NCBI RefSeq assembly: GCF_018977255.1
Contig: NW_024704743.1
Coordinates: 38,008,001 to 38,072,000, forward strand
Origin: Callorhinchus milii
Taxonomy: Eukaryota
Direction of reading: 5' to 3'
Length of the DNA: 64,000 nt
How positions within the stretch are numbered: position 1 is the stretch's first letter; each line of letters begins with the position of its first letter. Under the pieces are notes generated by a model. The model worked only from the letters and a program-made list of their open reading frames with translations, had not been told where the DNA came from and ran no database searches. Made by a program: the position numbers and the translations under genes. Shown here in pieces: positions 40,181 to 54,655 of this stretch.

Positions 40181-43100
40181 GTGCAATTGGCTGCTGTGTT
40201 GCACCCACAAAATATACAGTCACTCCACTTAACAGTATATTCTGTGAAGCGCTTTGAGACGTCTCAAAGATGTGATAAGGAGCTATATCAAATGCAAGGA
40301 TCATTATTATTATAATATTCATCTTTGCATTTGATATAGTGCCTTTCACACTTTATGGTTTCTTCTTTCCCTCCTGCTGGGGCAGCCTCTCAGATGGTTC
40401 AAGTGGTTACCAATTCTGTGGGGAATCATAGACAAACCCATGTTCACATGATAATTTCTAAATACTAATACCCTGTGCTCCCAAACCACTGAAGCAAAGA
40501 TCATTATCAAACGTAACTGAATATGTGATGCATGTAAATCTCATCCAGCAGCTGGCTGAAAATTGAGACAAATGAACAACTTGGCAAGAGTGTTGTGCCA
40601 GTCAGGAAATAAGTCTGTGAGCCTTGAAATATGAAGCACATGACTTTCACCAGCAGCCCTCAGCTTTTTTTCATTTGCTTGGTTCAACTCCAACACCTGC
40701 AGGATTTGAGCTCCTCATCTAGGCTTACGTTCCAGTGTAGTACTGAGGGCTGTGTTTGAGGTGGCGTCCTTCAGAGGAGATATTCTGGTGATTCAGATAA
40801 ACATTAAAGATCCCTGGGCACTAATTCAAAGCAAAGCAGGGAGTTCTCCCAGTATCCTAACCAAATCATCCAAATTCATAAAATATACATAATTGAATAT
40901 TTGGCTCATTGCTCTTTATTGCTCGTTGCTGGCACAGATTAGCTGACACAATTCCTCACAAAATAATAGTCACACACATTAGAATAACTGATTAAGTGAA
41001 GATGTTTGAGATGTTTGGATGTGATTGTTGGGGTGCCAGCTTTTTGAAATTCTTGTTTACTATGAATTGACCAATATGTTTACTAAAGGTGCTGTACAAA
41101 TGTAAATTGTGTTGTAATTTGTATCATAATATCCCATTAAGCAGCAGTTAAATACCACAACTCTTAATCCCAAAAACAATTGCAGAAGCCCAGCTTTTGG
41201 GGCATCGGCATTGAGAACGGCATTGTTTTGATCTATGTCTGGCCCATTCAATGTGATAGATATTGGACAGACCACTACTATGACCCCATTTTATCCACTG
41301 AAGGTCAATATAGCAGCAGCAAACTAGTTTCGGGAACAGACCACCTGAAAACTCTCTGAGAGACAAGAATCCCACAAACCATGTACATACAGTTATACAG
41401 TATCACCAGTTTGATGGAAGGGAAATCCCTAATATGTGTCTCAATTCCTTATTTTCAGTTCCTGCAATAATAACGTCAGTTGCAGTTCTTCATACAAAGG
41501 CTCCTGATGACTAAAGCCAGAATTTTTTAATAAAGACAATGGTCTAGAGCTTTTGTATTTGAAGTTTGTGCATTCATCTTTAAGTATAACACACGTGACG
41601 ACCCACTGGGGCTGTTGGTGAAGAATCAAGCACAAAAAAATTATATTTCAACTACAGTACTTGTCTTAACTTTGATTTACAGCACTGCACCAAAGAATGA
41701 ATAAATCCATTCATCCTGCTTCTAAGCAGCAACTCCATGCATAATCCCCACATCAAGATTGTATTCTCAATTTTAAATTATATTCATAAGAGAGCAAGGA
41801 ATGAGAAAAGGCCACTTGGACCATCAAGTCCACTTCCTAATTAATCACATGCTTTGAGACATCCTCCCAAGTGGAAGCCCTATGTAAATATAAATTGAAT
41901 TGTAAATTGTATTGTAATTGCATATTTTGTGGGGTATAGAGTACAGCTGAAGAGGGGCAAAATTAATATATCATTAAATTCCAAGAGAAACATCTGATAA
42001 GTATATTTTGAATGACCATGGATTATGTATCTATCTCCGCATGTGCTCAAGAACTAGGAATGCTTGGTTGATATTTAAAGGTTGATGTGATATCCAGCGC
42101 TTTGGGACATCCTCCCGACGTAAAAGGCTCTATATAAATGTAACTTTGTTGTTGTTGTTGCAATGGTTGGTTGAAAGATAATTTCTTCCCATTTCAAAAA
42201 GGTATTTGCTGCAAAGGCAAAATGTCTATTCTACAAAGTGGGTGGGTGAGTGAGTGAGTGAGTGAGTGAGTGACCGATTTTATTTATTATTGGCCAGGAA
42301 GAGAGAAACTCGGTTCTTTTTTCGAATTGTGCATGGGACCTTTAACCTCCATCTGAACAGGCAGACAGGACCTGGTTAACATCTCATCCGAAGAATGGCA
42401 AAACCTTCTTCTTTCTTCTAAAGTCTTCCCTCTTTTTTGCTTCTTTTTCCCTCAACCTACACCACCCCTCCCCCATTCTCAGGCCCCGACACCTGACTGT
42501 TCAGCGCTTTGGGACGTCCTCCCGACATGAAAGGCGCTCTATAAAAGTTATTTTGTTGTTGTTTTTATTGTTATTGCTACTAGGACTTAATCACTTGAGA
42601 TGTTCGTAAGTAATTTTGGATTGTTGCTAATCCCATGTCTTCAAACAATTTCGCCAGCTCAATTTACTTTACTTCTTGGAATCATATTTTGCTTAGCAGG
42701 CCACAATGTTTGTTGCAGAAGCCACAACTGTTAACACATGCTGTAACTTTTTATACCGCCGCAATTCTTAATAACAGTGAGTGTGTGCTCCCATCGGATC
42801 ATCCATCCGTCCATTGACTTGCCTCGTGCTCCCATTTGACCATCTGCCTGACCATCCACCCATCCTACGCTCTCATTGGACTATCCACCTGGCGGTTGAA
42901 TTTGAACTGATCAAAACTACTTTAACAAACTGTGGCCACAACCTTTGAACCAAACATTACAATTTTCTACAGCCATATCAATGACAATTGCTCTAATAAA
43001 TTACTAGCTGTAATATTATGATATTTTTGTTTACCTGTGGTGAGTTAACCACCTGAAAACATATCTCTTTTGTTTGACCTATGGTCACCTTCCCTGTCTT

Positions 43101-44009
43101 TCTTACCTCTTTGGTGTCTAAAACCATCCCTGTGAAATGCTCTGAAATGTTATTCTACATGAACGGCGCTATATAAATGCAAGTTGTTAACATAACTGAA
43201 GAATAGACAACTTGACTTGCTTCTAATAATTTACAGACTCTGCCCAGTTAACTATTTCATTGAGTAAATATCTGGAATAAAAGTTAGATTAAACACTATA
43301 CAATATAAAATTCTGAATTTGGGGTACTGGATAAAACGCTGGTTGGACCTATTGACCTTTCACATCAGGAACTGAGTTCAAATTTAGTTTAGACTGATTG
43401 AATGAAAGTTTCCTTTCTCTTGTTCTTCCTCTTTTTCTGCAACTGCAGATGAGAAATGAGCCACAACCCAAATCCTTAGGTTTCATCAAAGATGTTACTG
43501 CCTAGAATTCAGCAGAAATAAACTATTTCACTTGTCGACACCCTAACGGATCAATGATCCCATGGCATAATTGCAATAAGAAGGAAGTTTCTCCCAGTGT
43601 CCAGACAACAATCCTTGAAATGAATTGGTAAGTTGCCTCTTGCCTATTTGTGAAACCTTGCTGACACAAACTTGTTGGCAGCATAGCCTACAAAACCAGT
43701 CTCCATACTTGACAGTAAAATGGTGCTATAAAATACAAGCTATTTACTGAATTCATCATCTTGATAGGCACAAAGAAATTCCACCAAATCTATGTTGCAA
43801 ACTCAGTAATATCTATATTTGTCATTCACCATTTCTTGGAAGTATTGTAGGCATAATTACATATTTTCCTATTTGCAGCATTTTGATGATATTTATTCAT
43901 ACAATTAAAGACCTTCAGCTGCTGGGGTCTACCATCCCGGACTAGCATCCCCCACAACAGCATCTTCTGTAAGGAATTTGTTCTTGCTTTTTGGTTGAAC
44001 AAATTTTAT

Positions 44010-44370
44010 TGTAGCTCTGCAGATAACTCGATAGGTAAACACAGTGGGAAATGGGGTATTGAACAGTATAAACCAGAAAGGTCCTGAGTTCATATTGTGG
44101 TCTGTGCTAAGTAGTGAGGCTTGGCAGTTGACCTCGGTATTCTGAGGTAGAGAAGGGGAAATCAGCTAGGGTTTCTATTCCTCAGCACTATATCTAATGA
44201 TCGCTACTTGAAAATGTACTTGTGTGCATGTTAGATGAGGACAGAATTGTGTTGTCTGCAATGACCTCATGGTTAAATGTACTGCCATTATTTACTGATG
44301 AATTACTTGACCAAGGTACTGGAGACCTGATAACTGTACTCCAGCATAATCATTGGGAATCACTGGCATC
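44010..44370 (+). mobile_element. Ancient SINE-like repeat (possibly LF-SINE-related); related copy at ~33355-33655
   Basis: Two diverged collinear copies sharing accagaa.., ggggaaaatca, tgtgtg.at.t.a.atg.gg.cagaatt; family assignment uncertain. Confidence 0.4.
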
Positions 44371-44677
44371 AAGAGATGAGGATATATAACCAGATGGTGC
44401 TATCCTGCTTGGAGGGGGGAGAGGGAGGTAAGCAGGAGCTCCTTGGAGCTGAACTGGCTCCAAGGTGACATGCCTGGCAACAGAATATCAGAATCAAGCC
44501 AGCCCTCTGTGGCGGTTTTGGTAGTCCAGTTCCTGAGCCAGACAGGTCCACAGTAATCCAGGGCACTGCTGACAGCATAGCCAGCCTGTCTCATTGGCAG
44601 GACTTGGAAAGGCAGACCAGTCACTGGGAGCAGGGAATCATCCCACTCAGTTCCCGTTAACCCTGCAAGCCAAATGA

Positions 44678-45112
44678 CGCTTCAACTGTATAGAGCCTTG
44701 GTCAGACTCCATCCGAAGTTTTGGGGTATCACACCCCAGGAAGGATATATTGACTCTGTAGGGGGTGCAGCGCAGATTCACCAGAATGATACCAGGGTTA
44801 AAAGAGTTAAATTATGAGAACAGGTTGCATAAACGTGGTCTCTATTCCCTTGAGTTTAGTAGGTTGAGGGGTGCTCTGATTGAGGTTTTTAAAATAATAA
44901 AGCGATTCAATAGGGTAGATACAGAGAATCCAAAACAAGGGGGCATAATCTTGAAATTAGAGCTAGGCCACTTAGGAGTGAAATTATGAGGCAGTTTTTT
45001 ACCTAAAGTGGAAATTTGGAACTCTCTCCCCCAAAAGGCTGTGGACGCTGGATCCATTCACATTTTCAAGACTGAGGTAGATAGATATTTGTTAGGTCAG
45101 GGTATTAAGGCA
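44678..45112 (+). mobile_element. CR1 LINE 3' fragment
   Basis: LQLYRALVR...QRRFTRMIPGLKELNYENRLHKRGLYSLEFSRLRGALIEVFKI is the typical CR1 ORF2 C-terminus. Confidence 0.9.
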
Positions 45113-45504
45113 TGAAGAATGTGGAAGAACCTTTATTTTGTGTTTCTCGTCTATCGGAGAGATGGTCTACTTCGATGTGCAGCACATCTATAAGCAGGAA
45201 AACACCTCCCCAGTAGTTGAGAAGTGCACTTGCAATAAAGGCACAAGCCTCCCTTAGCCTGGCAAAGCAGATTATCAGCTATAAAGTCAACAGCAGACCA
45301 TCCTATACTTACCAAAGTATGGCCTGCTCATCATGAATCAAAACATAGGTGTGAAGAGGTTGGCTGTTTCATTCCTCAAAATAGCTCTACAACACATGCT
45401 GCTCCTTTCGTCAACGAACTGCCTCGAGTTTCATACGAATTATACACAGTATAATGTACGTGTATACACTGTATAATTATGTAGTTAAAACAGTGGGCAG
45501 CAGG

Positions 45505-48312
45505 CTAACCAAGGCTCACTGAACACTCCTGTCCGCTCTGAGTCTTAGCTTTTGCACATTGGCTGCCGCAATTGACCCGAGCTGTTTCCCCAAGATTCCC
45601 CGTCCCCTTCCCTCCATTACTCCCACCCAAACCTCCTCTCCCTCCACCTGTCCCAACTCCTATCCCTCCTCGACAACCTGCATGGCCTCCCTCTGCTCCT
45701 CCCTTCACATTCTCCATCGTGCCCACTGTGGTAGACGCTGTTGGCTGTCCTACAGCACCCATCCTGACTGCCCCTTCCCCCACTCTTGCCGCAAGGCCCA
45801 CCGGCCCTCACCCACGGGAGTCAACCTTTCCTCCCTCACTCACATCCCCATCCAACTCGCCGCCCCCCCCCCCCCCATCTCCCCCACACTCCCACCACTA
45901 ACTGCCCCTCCACATCGGTATGCAGAATGTCCGCTCACTAGCCAACATGTCCCTCACAATCCATGACCTCACCATCGAGGAAAACATTGACATCCTCGCC
46001 CTCACCGAAACCTGGGTCACCCCAGGTGACACAAACATAGTCGAGGTTACACCTCCAGGTTACACCTTTCACCAAACCCCACGGCCTAATCACCGTGGCG
46101 GTGATGTGGCTCTCATCTCCTTGGTCTTTCCCCTTACTCCTCCGGAACCTTCCCCTCCTTTGAACATCTTACCCTCTACTACCCCTCCAGGCTTTCCCTC
46201 AAAATCCTCCTTGTTTACCGTCCCCCCCAAGCCTTCTCCCACCTTCCTCTCGGACATCTCCGCCCTCCTATCTTCCCTCTCCCTCTGCTCTGAATGCCCC
46301 ACTAATCTTAGGCGACTTCAACTTCCACTTCACCCCCTCCTGCTCTACCTCTGCCAACTTCTCCTCCCTCCTCTCTTCCCTTAACCTCTCCCTCCTCATC
46401 CACTCCCCCACCCATGACCGTGGCCACCCCCTTGACCTGGTGATCACCCGGGGCCGCACCGTCTCGGACATCACCATTATCGATAAAGCCATCTCGGATC
46501 ACCACTCCCTCAACATCTCAGTACCCCTTCCCCTTTCTCAACCCTCCACCATCACATACCATCTGTGGAAAAAAATTTCCTCCCTCTCCCTCTCCACTGT
46601 CCTGGAGTCATCTGAAACCCTACACCTCTGGCCCTCCCTGACCGATCTCCCCTCCTCACTCTCTTTTCTCCACAACTCCCTCTCCTCCATTCTGCACTCC
46701 TTTGCCCCCCTCACCTTCGGAACTGCCTCATTCTCCAGTAAATCTCCTGGGACACCAGCCATCTCTGTTCCCTCAAGGACAAGTGCGAGCTGCCAAACTC
46801 GCCTGGACCAAATCCAAGCTAACAGTCTATCAGCAGATTTGGCTTCATCAAAGGCAAAGGACAACCCCAGGCTTCTCTTTTCCACCACAAACCATCTCCT
46901 CCGTCCACCTTCCCACGCCTCGCCCATCCTCTCCTCAAACGCCAACTGTGAGGAGATGCTGGACTTCCTCGAATCTAAAATCGAGGGGATACGTTCAGCC
47001 ACCTCAGCTCCGTCCACAGCCACCCAAACATCACCTCTCCCTCATGACCCAGCCCCCACCCATCCCCCCCTCTACTCCTTTGACTCTATCTCTCCCTCCT
47101 CTCTCACCGCCATCATTCGCAAACTCAAACCCACCACCTGCTCCCTCGATCTCATCCCCACCTCTCTCTTCATTTCCCAGCTCCACCTTCTGGCCGGTCC
47201 CTCTCCTGTCCGATGTCATCAACCTTTCCTTGTCCACCGGTTCAGTTCCCACCCCCTAAAACAGCCGTCATCACCCGCATCCTGAAAAAACCTTCCCTGG
47301 ACCCATCCCTCCTCTCCAGTTACCGCCCCATCTCTAACCACCCATTCCTCTCCAAGGTCCTGGAACAAGTCGTCGCGTCCCAGCTCTGCTCCTTTCTCTC
47401 TCGCCATTCCCTCTTTGAACCCCTCCAATCCGGCTTCCGCGCTGCCCACAGCATGGAAACAGCTGGTCAAAGTCACTAATGACATCCTGAACATCTGTGA
47501 TCAGGGCTCCCTCTGCCTCCCTGTCCTCCTTGAACTCTCTGCCGCCTTCAACATCGTCGACCACTCCATCGTCATACAACACCTCTCTGCTTTACTTAAT
47601 CTTTGCAGACCTGCCCTTGCCTGGTTCGATTCCTATCTCTCTCACCGTCTCCACCTTGTTGCCTCTAACGGTTTCTCCTCCAGCCCCCGCACTGTCACGT
47701 CTGGCGTCCCCCAGGGCTCTGTCCTTGGCCCTCTCCTCTTTAATATCTACATGCTCCCCCTTGGTGACATCATCCACAGACATGGGGTCAACTTCCATAT
47801 GTATGCGGATGACACCCAACTCTATCTTTCTGCCTCCACCATCAACTCCAGGACCACTGTTGTCCTGACAGACTGTCTGTCGGACATCAAGTCCAAATTT
47901 CCAAATTGAGGGCAAATTTCCTACAGTTGAATGTGAACAAGACTGAGGCCCTCCTGGTTGGCTCACGCCAGCGCCTCAGCACCTCAGGCTCTGGCAGCAT
48001 CAACCTCCAGGGTTGCACATTACAACTCACCAAATCAGTCAGGAACCTCGGTGTCTTGTTCAACCCTCAACTGTCTTTTCTTCATCTAAGCCATGACCCG
48101 CTCTATCTTCTCTCATCTCCGTAACAGCACCTGACTCCGCCACTACCTCACCCCTCAGGCCACTGAAACTCTTGTTCATGCCTTCATCACCTCCAGGCTC
48201 GACTATGCAAACCCCCTGCTTGTCGGCCTTCCCAACTCCTCCCTCCACAGGCTGCAGATAATCCCAAACTCTGAAGCCCGTGTCCTCTCCCGCACCAAAC
48301 TCCATGACCTCA
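45505..48312 (+). mobile_element. Long L2 LINE copy (APE endonuclease + RT), frameshifted, 3' end missing
   Basis: QNVRSLAN...IDILALTETW, LGDFN, GHPLDLVI, ISDH, then RT motifs GVPQGSVLGP and YADDTQLY. Confidence 0.94.
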
Positions 48313-49191
48313 TTTCTAGTTGAAGAGCACGTTTTTAATTTTGAATGATAAACAATAAATGTATATATGCACAGACCTTAAAGGCAGTAAGTAAAATAAT
48401 AAAACACATTAGAAAACATGAAGAAATCTCTTTTTCTTTGCAAAACAGTAATTTTTTTGGCAGTTGAAATGCAACTCTCTCCCTCTCTCTGCGTTTCTTG
48501 TCTGCTGATTTGTCCTACTGTTTCCATGTACTCCCTTTGGCCCCTTTCACACCAGAGCTTTTGAAATCATTGATTCGAGTTTCATTGGAAGCTTCAAAGG
48601 ACTAATTTATTTGAGGAGTGAAAGAATTTGCCCATTGTCTGTAGAATATCCTAATCTAAACACAATCACACTGGAGCTTGAGTATTTTGGAAAGACAATA
48701 TGTTTCCAAACTTTCACCCCAACATGCCAAAGTTAATTCTTGGGCAATTGTTTTTACACAAACACATAATGGTTGGACAGTTTTTCAATTTAAACATTGA
48801 GCCTGGCCCAATACTTAGCACTGTGGCATCTGTATCAGAAGGTTGTGAGTTCAAGCTCCAAGTCAGTACTTTGAACTCCCAGTCTAGCCTGACACTTCAA
48901 TACAGTGGTTGGGGAATGCTGCATAGTTGGAGGAGCAGTCCTTCAGATGAGATGTTAAAACAAGGTTGTGTTTGCCTGTTCAGATAAATGTTCAAGATCC
49001 TACTATTGGAAAAAGACAAGGGAGTTTCTCCCAATATCCTGACCAACAATCCTGGCGAGATAAAATTGATCATTCACTTCATTGATTGTTTGTGGGACAT
49101 TGCTGTGCACAAATTGGCTCCATGTTTGCCTATAGAATACACAATCGCTACACTTCACAGTAAATCTTATGAAGCACTTTATGATGTCATA

Positions 49192-49508
49192 TAGTGTAGC
49201 TCAGTGGTTAGAGCACTCACTTTGCAAGTGAGACACCTGGGTTCAATTCCAGGCAGAGGGCGAAACCTTGGGCAAGTTTTCTTACTCCACACACCTAATA
49301 ATAATCCCTCCAAAACCAAAAACAATAATAAATTGGTCATTCTCAATCCATGACTGTTTGTGGAACACTGCTGTGCGCAATTGGCTGCCGCATTTCACCC
49401 ACAAATATATGGTCAATTCACTTTACAGTGTATTCTGTGAAGTGCTTTGAGATGTCTAGAAGACGTGAAAAGCGCTATATCAAATTCAATGATTGTTATT
49501 ATTATTAT
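49192..49508 (+). mobile_element. tRNA-derived SINE
   Basis: Matches the 16188 copy; nested in the tail of an older SINE. Confidence 0.9.
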
Positions 49509-51079
49509 GTCCTCTTGACATGAAAGGCACTATATAAAATGTAAAGTTCTTTTTATTATTATCATTAGTAAAAATGTGTCACAGTTGCTAAAATAAAGTT
49601 TAACTTTCTCATCCAGAGTAACTGGAATCAGCACCAATAACTGGTCTGGACAATCAATCCAATTGTTGAAGTTATCAGTTCTCCGCACTATTTATACAGT
49701 AATGTCACTTCCCTACTTATAAAGGACTCTATAATAACCAATCTATCCCCTTAAGGCATTTGCTTCATATTTAGCCTGAAATACCCCAAATCCATCACTG
49801 ACCAAATCGCTGAATTAGTTTGATGTCGTTCACAATAATTCTCTCCTAGAGCCACCACCATAATCATTTCTGGTTCAATTCCTTCTTAATACCATAATAA
49901 TGCCTTGCAGTGTTTTATATGTGTTCTACATCAGCAGCCTTTTGACTCTATTAGAATCTTATGTTAACTTAAAACTTCTTAAATGGCATCTAATTTGTCC
50001 TAGATTTACTATAGTAAATTCCTGTGGTTTCCATGTGTAGGTGGGATGCATGGAATTTTCAGTTTGGTTTGGATACTCTTAAGCATGGTGATGGGTTTCC
50101 GCATGTGTCAGACACCTGACTGACCAAAATAAAATTCTATTGCGGATCTGAAGATGCATTTTAGTGGTGAGGGTATTTTACTATTTAAGTATGTAAATAG
50201 TTGGGAACTGGCCACCAATCATCCTGAGTAAAAATTTCCAAGTCAAAGGCTTTGCAAATACGATAGGTCTACCAGGGAGTCATCAATTATACTTCCATGC
50301 CGTCTGAAATAAAAGTACATTTTCCAATACTATTATCAAGCCTGACTCAGTTGATAACACACTCATTCCTTAGTGTAGGTTCCCTAGGTTGTGGGTTCAA
50401 GGACATTTTGAAATTTGAGTTTGTAGACTAGGGGCACGTATTCTTCCATCACTCCCTGCCCCTTTAACACTGCCATGAACCAGGCTGTCATTAACAGTGT
50501 CTGTCATCAACAGTTCCTTGGAGAACTGCGAATCTGAATGGCTCATGAATCTTGCTACCAGTGCATTGGGATGTCCTCCTGAATATATTATATAAATGTA
50601 AATTTGTTGTACCAAGACCACCAGAGGGTTAACTCAATTCCGACATTCCTATGCCAAGCATATCACCCTGGAGCCAGCTCAGCCCAGTGAGACCCTGATT
50701 GCTTAATGATTATATAACATATTGCAGCCTATTCCCCCCACCCTCCCCACATTCACACTGATTAAAGAAAAACACAAATACACAAAGTGATCATAGAAAC
50801 CAATCATCCCTGATAAATTAAGGTTAATGTTCACTCAATATATTCACTCAATATATATCTTAAAAAGCCATTTTTAGATGCCCCAAATTACTCATGTTCT
50901 TCTGCTTAAAAAACAGTATCATAAAATTTAAGCTTTGGAAGTGGCTTAAATTCAGACTTAGTTTGAAATTAATTTCTACAAATTTCTACAATTCATTTTG
51001 TGATTTGCAAAAATCAGTTTCCAAATTATTTAACACTAAATTCAACACTGTTTTCCAAAAATGTTATACACTATCAGTT

Positions 51080-54000
51080 TCAAGTGTATAGTGTATGTTA
51101 TTAGTGTACAGTGTGCAGTGTATGGTGTATATTATCAGTGTATAGTGTACAGTGTGCAATGTACAGTGTGTAGTGTGCAGTTTACAGTATATAGTGTACA
51201 ACATGCAGTGTATATTATCAGTGTGCAGTGTGTAGTGTATAGTGTGCAGTGCACAGTGTATAGTGTACAGCGTAGTTTACAGAGTGCAGTGTATAGTGTA
51301 CAGTGTGCAGTGTATAGTGTGCAGTGTGCAGTATAGTGTACAGTGTGCAGTGTATATTGTATATTATCAGTGTACAGTGTGTAGTGTGCAGTTTATAGTG
51401 TGCAGTGCACAGTGTATAGTGTACAATGTGCAGTGTATAGTTTGCAGTGTATAGTGTGCAGTGTGCAGTGTGCAGTGTACAGTGTAGAGTGGTGTATAGT
51501 GTACAGTGTGCAGTGTATAGTGTGCAGTGTACAGTATATAGTGTACAGTGTACGGTGTATAGTGTACAGTGTGCAGTGTATAGTGTGCAGTGTACTGTGT
51601 ATATTATCAATGTATGGTGTATATTATCAGTGCAGTGTTTGGTGTGCAGTGTACAGTGTATGGTGTATATATCAGTGTACAGTGTATGATGTATATATCA
51701 GTGTATAGTGTACAGTGTATGGTGTATATTATCAGTGTGCAGTGTACAGTGTATGGTATGCAGTGTACAGTATACGGTCTATAGTGTGCAGTGTGTTATT
51801 AGTGTACAGTGTATAGTGTATGGTGTACACTGTGCAGTGTATGGTATGCAGTGTATGGTGTACAGTGTGCAGTGTATGGTGTACAGTGTATGGTGTATTG
51901 TGTGCAGTGTATAGAGTATAGTGCACGGTGTACAGTGTGCAGTGTATAGAGTACAGTGTATAGTGTATGGTGTACAGTGTGCAGTGTATGGTGTACAGTG
52001 TATATTATCAGTGTGCAGTGTATGGTGTACAGCGTATGGTGTACAGTGTTTAGAGTACAATGTACAGTGTATAGAGTATAGTGTATGGTATATAGTGTGC
52101 AATGTATATAGTGTATGGTGTATAGTGTGCAGTGTATGTGTACAGTGTATGTTATCAGTGTGCAGTGTATAGTGTACAGTGTATATTATCGCTGTGCTGT
52201 GTATGGTGTACAGTGTATGGTGTAGTGTACAGTGTATAGAGTACAGTGTATATTATCAGTGTATATAGTGTATAGTGTGCAGTGTAGTGTACAGTGTGCA
52301 GTGTATATTATCAATGTATAGTGAACAGTTTATATTATCAGTGTAGAGTACAGTGTATGGTGTACAGTGTATAGAGTATAGTGTACAGTGTATAGTGTAC
52401 AGTGTATATTATCAGTGTACAGTATATGGAGTAGTGTATAGAGTACAGTGTATGGTGTACATTGTACAGAGTACAGTGTATGGTGTACAGTATGCTGTGT
52501 ATATTATCAGTGTATAGTGTACAGTGTAGACAACAACAACAAGATTACATTTGTATAGCGCCTTTCACATCGGGAGGATGTCCCAAGGTGTTGGACAGTG
52601 TACAGCATTTCAGACCTGAGCTGGGGTCAGGGGGAGAGAAGGGAGGGGAAGTGACTGGGGGATGGAATTCCAGAGGTTGGGGGCAAACTGGCTGAAGGCT
52701 CTCCCGCCAATGGTGGGGCGGGTGGGGAGGGGGACGTGGAGCAGGCCAGAGCCGGCTGAGCGGGCGGGTTGGTAGGGGGTTAGAAAGTCGCAGAGGTAGG
52801 GTGGGGCGAGGCCATGGAGGGCTTTGTAGGTGAGGACCAGGATCTTGAACTGGATCCTCTGAAGGATAGGGAGCCAATGGAGTCGGGCGAGAGTGGGGGA
52901 GATGGGGTCATGGAGATTGGTGCGGGAGAGGGAGGAGTTGGGAAGGCCGACAAGCAGGGGGTTTGCATAGTCGAGCCTGGAGGTGATGAAGGCATGAACA
53001 AGAGTTTCAGTGGCCTGAGGGGTGAGGTAGTGGCAGAGTCGAGCGATGTTACAGAGGTGAGGGAAGGCAGAGCGGGCCATGGCTTTGATGTGGGGGAGAA
53101 AAGCCAATTGAGGGTAGTGTACAGTGTGCTGTGTATAATGTACAGTGTGCAGTGCATATTATCAGTGTGCAGTGTATGGTGTACAGTGTATGGTATATGA
53201 TGTACAGTGTATAGTGTACAGTGTATGGTTTGCAGTGTATGGAGTACAGTGTATGATGTAGTGTACAGTATATGGTGTACAGTATATAGAGTAGTGTGCA
53301 ATATTTGGTGTACAGTGTATGGTGTCCAGTGTATGGGGCACAGTGTAGAGTACAATGTACAGAGCACAGTGTACAGAGCACAGTGTAGAGTAGTGTACAG
53401 AGCACAGTGTACAGAGCACAGTGTAGTGTACAGAGCAGTGTTAAGAGCACAGTGTACAGAGCACAGTGTAATGTACAGAGCACAGTGTATGGTGCACAGT
53501 GTATAGAATAGTGTACAGAGCAGTATATGGTGCACAGTGTATAGAATAGTGTACAGAGCACAGTGTATGGTACACAGTGTATATAGTGTAGAGCACAGTG
53601 TATGGTGCACAGTGTACAGAGCCCAGTGTACACAGCAGTGTACGGTGCACAGTGTAGAGCCCAGAGTATGGTGTACAGAGCACAGTGCATGGCGCAGTGT
53701 ACAGAGCCCAGTGTACAGTGCACAGTTTACAGAGCCCAGTGTACAGTGCCCAGTGTACAGAGCCCAGTGCACAGAGCCCAGTGTACAGAGCCCAGCGCCC
53801 AGTGTACAGAGCCCAGTGTACACAGTCCAGTGCCCAGTGTACACAGCCCAGTGTACACAGCCCAGTGTACAGAGCCCAGTGTACAGAGCCCAGTGTACAC
53901 AGCCCAGTGTACACAGCCCAGTGTACAGAGCCCAGTGCCCAGTGTACAGAGCCCAGTGCCCAGTGTACAGAGCCCGGTGCACAGAGCCCGGTGCACAGAG

Positions 54001-54655
54001 CCCGGTGCACAGAGCCCAGTGTACAGAGCCCAGTGTACAGATCCCGGTTCCCAGAACCCGGTGCTCAGTGTACAGAGCCCAGTGCACAGAGCCCGGTGCA
54101 CAGAGCCCAGTGTACAGATCCCGGTGCCCAGTGTACAGAGCCCAGTGCACAGAGCGCGGTGCACAGAGCCCGGTGCACACAGCCCAGTGTACAGAGCCCA
54201 GTGCCCAGTGTACAGAGCCCGGTGCCCAGTGTACGGAGCCCAGTGCCCAGTGTATACAGCCCAGTGTACAGAGCCCAGTGCCCAGTGTATACAGCCCAGT
54301 GTACAGAGCCCGGTGCCCAGTGCACAGTGCCCAGTGCACACAGCCCAGTGCCCAGAGCCCAGTGCACACAGTCCAGTGCCCAGAGCCCAGAGCCCAGTGT
54401 ATACAGCCCAGTGTACAGAGCCCGGTGCCCAGTGCACACAGTCCAGTGCCCAGAGCCCAGTGTATACAGCCCAGTGTACAGAGCCCAGTGCACAGTGCCC
54501 AGTGTACAGAGCCCAGTGCACACAGCCCAGTGCACAGAGCCCAGTGTACAGAGCCCAGTGTACACAGTCCAGTGCACAGTGCCCAGCGTACAGAGCCCAG
54601 TGCACACAGCCCAGTGCCCAGTGCCCAGTGTACAGAGCCCAGTGCCCAGAGCCCA
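51080..54655. repeat. Satellite of CAGTGTR/CAGAGCC 5-9 bp units, interrupted by an L2 fragment
   Basis: Directly visible; source of the long C/T/L/H-rich ORFs. Confidence 0.97.
52530..53113 (-). mobile_element. L2 3' fragment inside the satellite
   Basis: FLPHIKAM..HAFITSRLDY..LHWLP..IGGRAFS; (TTG)n tail at ~52531. Confidence 0.92.

Noticed and set aside
45437..45478. AT-rich imperfect palindrome before the long L2
   Set aside because: Short and low complexity; expected by chance.
45920..48124. Active reverse transcriptase gene or novel RT system
   Set aside because: Ordinary L2 ORF2 with many frameshifts and stops.
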